Assembly: GCA_963695555.1 (NCBI GenBank)
Contig: CAVOGR010000007.1
Coordinates: 206,139-270,138 of the forward strand
DNA from: an uncultured Gemmatimonadales bacterium
Lineage (GTDB): Bacteria > Gemmatimonadota > Gemmatimonadetes > Gemmatimonadales > GWC2-71-9
Reading direction: 5' to 3'
DNA length: 64,000 bases
Part shown: piece after piece, positions 60,145 to 64,000 of the stretch
Numbering within the stretch: position 1 is the stretch's first letter
Layout of the letters: each line of letters begins with the position of its first letter
Notes under the pieces: generated by a model
What the model was told of the DNA's origin: nothing
Database searches by the model: none
The model's input: only the letters and a program-made list of their open reading frames with translations
Position numbers and translations under genes: made by a program

Positions 60145-61674
60145 TCATTTGACTTCGAGAACTCCCATCATCCCGTTGACCTCATGGTCCAGGATGTGGC
60201 AGTGGAACATCCATTTCCCGGGGTAATCGTCGAACCGCACGATGATGCGCACCGTCTCGTGCTTCGGCACGTTCACCGTGTCCTCCCAGCGCCGGTACAC
60301 GACGGGCACTCCGTTCACGTCAATGACCTGAAACCGGTAGCCGTGCAGGTGGAACGGGTGGTCCATGCCCACCAGGTTCTCGATCGCCCAGATCTCGGTC
60401 GCGCCGAGGGCCGCGGTCTGGTCCACCCGGGCCAGGTCCATCGTCTTGCCGTTGATGAAGCCCTGCGTGAGCGACATGACCCGTGTGACCGTCGCCGCCG
60501 CCGTGTCCAGCGGCACGACCGGCCGCATGGTGGCGGGCAGCGTCATGGGCTCGACGGGAGGATCGTCGGTATATGCGAGGGTGAGGAGGTCTCGGGTCTG
60601 GTCCCAGTCGGCCGGCCGGGTCTGGGGGATGTAGCGGTCGTACGGCAGGGCCTGCAGCAGGGCGGTGCTGCCCGGCGCACCCGTGCCGCGTACCAACAGT
60701 TCCACCCGCTCGGAGTTGGATAGGATCACCTCGGTGGTGTCGACGGGCCGCTCGAACAGGCCGCCGTCGCTCCCAACCATCAAGAGGCGCTGGCCCGGAA
60801 TCGCCAGCCGGTAGACCCTCGAAGCAGACGCGTTGACCACCCGCCAGCGCTGTACCTCGCCGCTTCGGATGGCGATCGTCGGCGCGAGCTGCCCGTTCAC
60901 GAACAAGAGGTCTCCCTCCCATCCGTTCTCGAAATCCACCCGGCCTTCGGGTGAGGTGAGTGGCGGCAGATCGACGGATCCGTCCGCCAGGAACCGGGCG
61001 TCCGTGAGGATGAGCAGCTTCTCGGCAAGCGGGGGGAGCGGATCGTCCGCGGCCCGCACGATGATCGCCCCGAAGAGCCCTTTCGTTACCTGATCGCGTG
61101 TCAGATGATGCGGATGCGGGTGATACCAATAAGTACCCGCGGTGCCCGGCGGAATGGTGAAGTCGAAATCGGCTTGCCCACCCGGCGGAATAGGATGGAA
61201 CGGACTCCCATCGGCGTACCACGGGATGTGAAGCCCATGCCAGTGTACGGTGGTCGGCTCGGGAAGTTCGTTCCGGAGATGTACGATCAGCCGGTCGCCC
61301 TCGCGTACTTCGAGCGTGGGCCCCGGAATTGTCCCATTGTACGCGTACGCGTCGGTCTCGATACCCGGCACCAGCGAGAGCCGGGTCGGGCCTGCGGTGA
61401 GCGTCACCTCGACCGTGCGAGGACCGCTGGAGCGGTCCGCCATGCTGGGAGGAGCCGTGAGAACTCGAGTGGCCGACACGGCGGCCACCGGTTGTTGTGA
61501 GTGGAGCGGCGTGTACGCCAGGAGCGGGACCGACCCGAGAAGGGCGGTCAGCAGCAGGGGGAAACGAATTGGGGTACTCCTCAGTTCAGGGAAAGGTGTT
61601 CGGCCCAAACCCTGTCGGGACGGAATATTCCTCTTGGCAGAGGGGATCGCAAGCACACCCAAGGCCTCGCCCAC
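60145..61674 (-). CDS. multicopper oxidase (CueO/CopA/laccase-like)
   Basis: Copper-ligand motifs HWHGLH, YWYHPHPH, HPFHLHG and HCHILDHEVNGMM. Confidence 0.9.
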   Translation of the reverse strand: MGEALGVLAIPSAKRNIPSRQGLGRTPFPELRSTPIRFPLLLTALLGSVPLLAYTPLHSQQPVAAVSATRVLTAPPSMADRSSGPRTVEVTLTAGPTRLSLVPGIETDAYAYNGTIPGPTLEVREGDRLIVHLRNELPEPTTVHWHGLHIPWYADGSPFHPIPPGGQADFDFTIPPGTAGTYWYHPHPHHLTRDQVTKGLFGAIIVRAADDPLPPLAEKLLILTDARFLADGSVDLPPLTSPEGRVDFENGWEGDLLFVNGQLAPTIAIRSGEVQRWRVVNASASRVYRLAIPGQRLLMVGSDGGLFERPVDTTEVILSNSERVELLVRGTGAPGSTALLQALPYDRYIPQTRPADWDQTRDLLTLAYTDDPPVEPMTLPATMRPVVPLDTAAATVTRVMSLTQGFINGKTMDLARVDQTAALGATEIWAIENLVGMDHPFHLHGYRFQVIDVNGVPVVYRRWEDTVNVPKHETVRIIVRFDDYPGKWMFHCHILDHEVNGMMGVLEVK

Positions 61675-61844
61675 TCCAGAGGGCTCAGCGCCATGACCGA
61701 CGGGTTGGCGCCCTACCCTCTTGGGTTCCGCGGGAAGCAGATCTCCCGATGTCCTTGCGCCCGCGGCGATGGATATTTACTTGGTAAGACAAAGTACTTG
61801 ACAAATGGATAACCCTGCAATCGAATCGTCGGGAGGCCCCGGGT

Positions 61845-62132
61845 ATGAGTCGATCCCTGATCAAGCAGCCGAGCGCCGTGGTTCCACTGGTCATGTCGAG
61901 CGTGGCCCTGGCCCTGGTCCTCGGTCACGCCGCCCTGTTCGGGGTGGTCCATGAGGCGGACGAGGGAACCGCCGCCCATATCTTCCAGCTCCTCATGGCT
62001 GTCCAGGTTCCAGTCGTGGCCTTCTTCGCCATCAAGTGGCTGCCGCGGGCTCCGCGGCAGGCATTCCAGGTGCTGGCGCTACAGGCCGGTGCCGCGCTTG
62101 CGGCAATCACCGCCGTCTTCTTCCTCACGTAA
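61845..62132 (+). CDS. small membrane protein (hypothetical)
   Basis: 95 aa with three hydrophobic segments. Confidence 0.4.
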   Translation: MSRSLIKQPSAVVPLVMSSVALALVLGHAALFGVVHEADEGTAAHIFQLLMAVQVPVVAFFAIKWLPRAPRQAFQVLALQAGAALAAITAVFFLT

Positions 62133-62382
62133 CGTAACGTCCTGTTCCGCTAGTGAGCGGCGGGGTCCACGCGGCTGCCGATCAACACTCGGCCCTTCCC
62201 CTCCTCGACTCTGTCGCGAGCCTTGCCCGGTGCGCCGCGAAGTCGGCGGCCCCTCGGGGCAGCCGTTGAGCCTTGCTCTGGTCAATAGAAGTCGTTAATT
62301 GCCGGAGAGACGGGCAGAACCGGACCGCCGCTGACCCGGAGTACATTCGTCAGGCGACTTGAATTAGGGTCATGGCAACATC

Positions 62383-63290
62383 ATGACGAACGCACAACAA
62401 GATTTCATACGAGCGCGGCAGCGCATGCTCGACCGGTATGGGGTCGAGGCTGAATCGCGCTTCGTGGACGTCCCGTCCGTCGGAGGGCGGGCTCACGCGC
62501 TGATCGCTGGCCAAGGACGGCCGGTGGTGATGGTCAGCGGGATTGGGACCCCAGGCGCCATGTGGGCTCCCTTGATGCCGGAACTCGATGGGCTCCGCTT
62601 GATCGCGGTTGACCTGCCCGCATATGGCCTGACCGACACCACCCCGCGGCTCGCCGACGACATCCGGCAGAGCGCGGTCCGCTTCCTCACAGGCGTACTC
62701 GACGGGCTGGAATTGGATCGGGCGGCATTCGTAGGCAATTCGCTTGGTTCGCTTTGGTGCAGTTGGCTGGCACTCGATCGGCCGAAGCGAGTACGGGCGC
62801 TGGTGCATGTCGGATGCCCCGCCCTGCTCTTCGATACGTCCGCTCCGCTTCCGATGCGACTCCTATCGGTCCCGCCGCTGGGGCGGCTGTTGACCCGGCT
62901 CCAGCCGCCATCGCCGTCACAGGTCGCGCAGCTGAGCAAGATGGTCAAGGAACACCCGCTGGTCCCGGAGCTGGTTGACCTGTTGGTGGCAACCGAACGC
63001 CTGCCTGGCTATCGCGAAACATTCCTCTCCACACTCCATAAGCTGTTACGACTGCGCGGCAGTGGGCCGAAATGAGGCTGACGACCGAGCAGCTCGCGAG
63101 GATCGACCAGCCAACACTCGTGTTTTGGGGAGAGAACGACCCATTTGGATCCCGAACAGTGGGGGAACGCATGGTGGCCGCGATGCCGGCCGCAGAGTTC
63201 CATGTCGTCGGAGGAGGCCACGCTCCATGGTTGACCCAGGCGAGGGCCATTGGGCCGGTAGCACGGCGGTTCTTGGAGCGTGAAGAGTGA
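62383..63290 (+). pseudogene. alpha/beta hydrolase, single frameshift at the AAA run 63070-63072
   Basis: GNSLGS nucleophile elbow in the 62383 frame. The C-terminal PTLVFWGENDPFG...VVGGGHAPW is in the 63072 frame. One extra A would fuse them (GPK-MRLTTEQLARI). Confidence 0.75.
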
Positions 63291-63350
63291 GGAGTAAGGA
63301 GTGGAAAGGGGGGAGTGGGAAGCGGGGAGTGGGTGGCGGTGGGTAGGTTT
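63283..63350 (+). repeat. purine-rich mosaic repeat (partial copy)
   Basis: AGAGTGAGGAGTAAGGAGTGGAAAGGGGGGAGTGGGAAGCGGGGAGTGGGTGGCGGTGGGTAGG overlapping the stop codon. Confidence 0.65.
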
Positions 63351-63413
63351 GCTGGTCGGTAACTGCCTCAAACCGCTGGGAACGCACAATCCATCTCACA
63401 CTGATGCTCGCAC

Positions 63414-63821
63414 ATGAACCAATCGATCATTCATGTGGCGCTGGTTGTTCGCGACTACGACGAAGCCATCGACTTCTTCTGCCACAAATTGCATTTCACG
63501 TTGGTCGAAGACACCTACCAGCCCGAACAGGACAAACGCTGGGTCGTCGTCGCTCCACCCGGCTCCCGCGGCACCAACCTGCTGTTGGCTCGAGCCTCGA
63601 CCCCGGAGCAGGCTGCGTTCATTGGCCGCCAGACCGGTGGCCGGGTGTTCTTGTTCCTCAGGACCGACGACTTTAGGCGTGACTACGATGCGATGCGCTC
63701 TGCCGGCATTCGCTTCGTCAGGAAGCCGATCAAAGAACCGTACGGCACGGTAGCGGTGTTCGAGGATCTGTACGGGAACCTGTGGGACCTGCTCGAGCCG
63801 ACGAAGCAGGAGGCCACCTAG
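63414..63821 (+). CDS. VOC-family (glyoxalase/bleomycin-resistance fold) protein
   Basis: IIHVALVVRDYDEAIDFFCHKLHF...PYGTVAVFEDLYGNLWDLLE. Confidence 0.85.
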   Translation: MNQSIIHVALVVRDYDEAIDFFCHKLHFTLVEDTYQPEQDKRWVVVAPPGSRGTNLLLARASTPEQAAFIGRQTGGRVFLFLRTDDFRRDYDAMRSAGIRFVRKPIKEPYGTVAVFEDLYGNLWDLLEPTKQEAT

Positions 63822-64000
63822 ACGTTTTGGTGCCGCACAATTCTCTTCCGGATCGGACGCAGCCCCCCCGTGGTGAAGCCAAACAGAGGACAATTGCGAT
63901 GACAGGTGATGCGAACTTGATAAGCGGTGCCTTCAAACGTCCTCGGAGGAAGAGATGATGCGGAGAGGGCTCGTTGTTCTATCGGTCATGATGCTCCCTG

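Overview
This is a high-GC bacterial chromosomal segment. Spot counts give about 41/60 G+C in core genes. I recognised no rRNA, tRNA, CRISPR array, transposase or integrase.

**1-33.4 kb (mostly ordinary genes).** This part holds a translationally coupled ECF sigma / anti-sigma / DUF4097 operon and a minor-pilin cluster (PilX-, FimT/GspH-, PilV- and PilW-like). It also has two cspA paralogues with conserved long leaders, M1 and M28 peptidases, a GcvT-family enzyme, hpt and an EamA transporter. An 11-kb cluster follows, of the ygeW/ygeY/ssnA/ygfK plus Mo-hydroxylase type (selenium-dependent molybdenum hydroxylase / anaerobic purine-catabolism neighbourhood).

**From about 33.4 kb (accessory content).** G+C drops (for example 31/60 at 35761). 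Three consecutive hypothetical proteins each carry an Rx4-6H (HEPN-like) motif. A LuxR-type regulator comes next, then the most interesting region at about 38.9-50.7 kb, which looks like a RiPP biosynthetic cluster. It contains:
- a candidate precursor with an NHLP-like leader and an (Ala-Asn)n core;
- a B12-binding radical SAM enzyme and a second radical SAM enzyme;
- an NPPL-motif N-methyltransferase;
- a protein built from near-perfect 81-bp tandem repeats, with all six frames open;
- a split kinase / HopA1-like / LanC-like trio (class V lanthipeptide style);
- an SdpI-like membrane protein and an alpha/beta hydrolase.

**Right end.** It carries a protein-glutaminase-like enzyme with a small partner ORF, methyltransferases, a beta-lactamase-family hydrolase, a TolB-like propeller and a GNAT. 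A multicopper oxidase with a dihaem cytochrome c and a VOC protein are also here.

**Non-coding signals.**
- A perfect CTAGGG-N4-CCCTAG palindrome lies upstream of three accessory units.
- A dispersed family of purine-rich mosaic repeats includes SD-like heptamer arrays, a 56-nt perfect duplicate and a G4-prone GGGC/GGGT tract.

**Caveat.** Many genes are broken by single-nucleotide frameshifts, several at short homopolymers. I read these as probable assembly indels rather than true pseudogenes.
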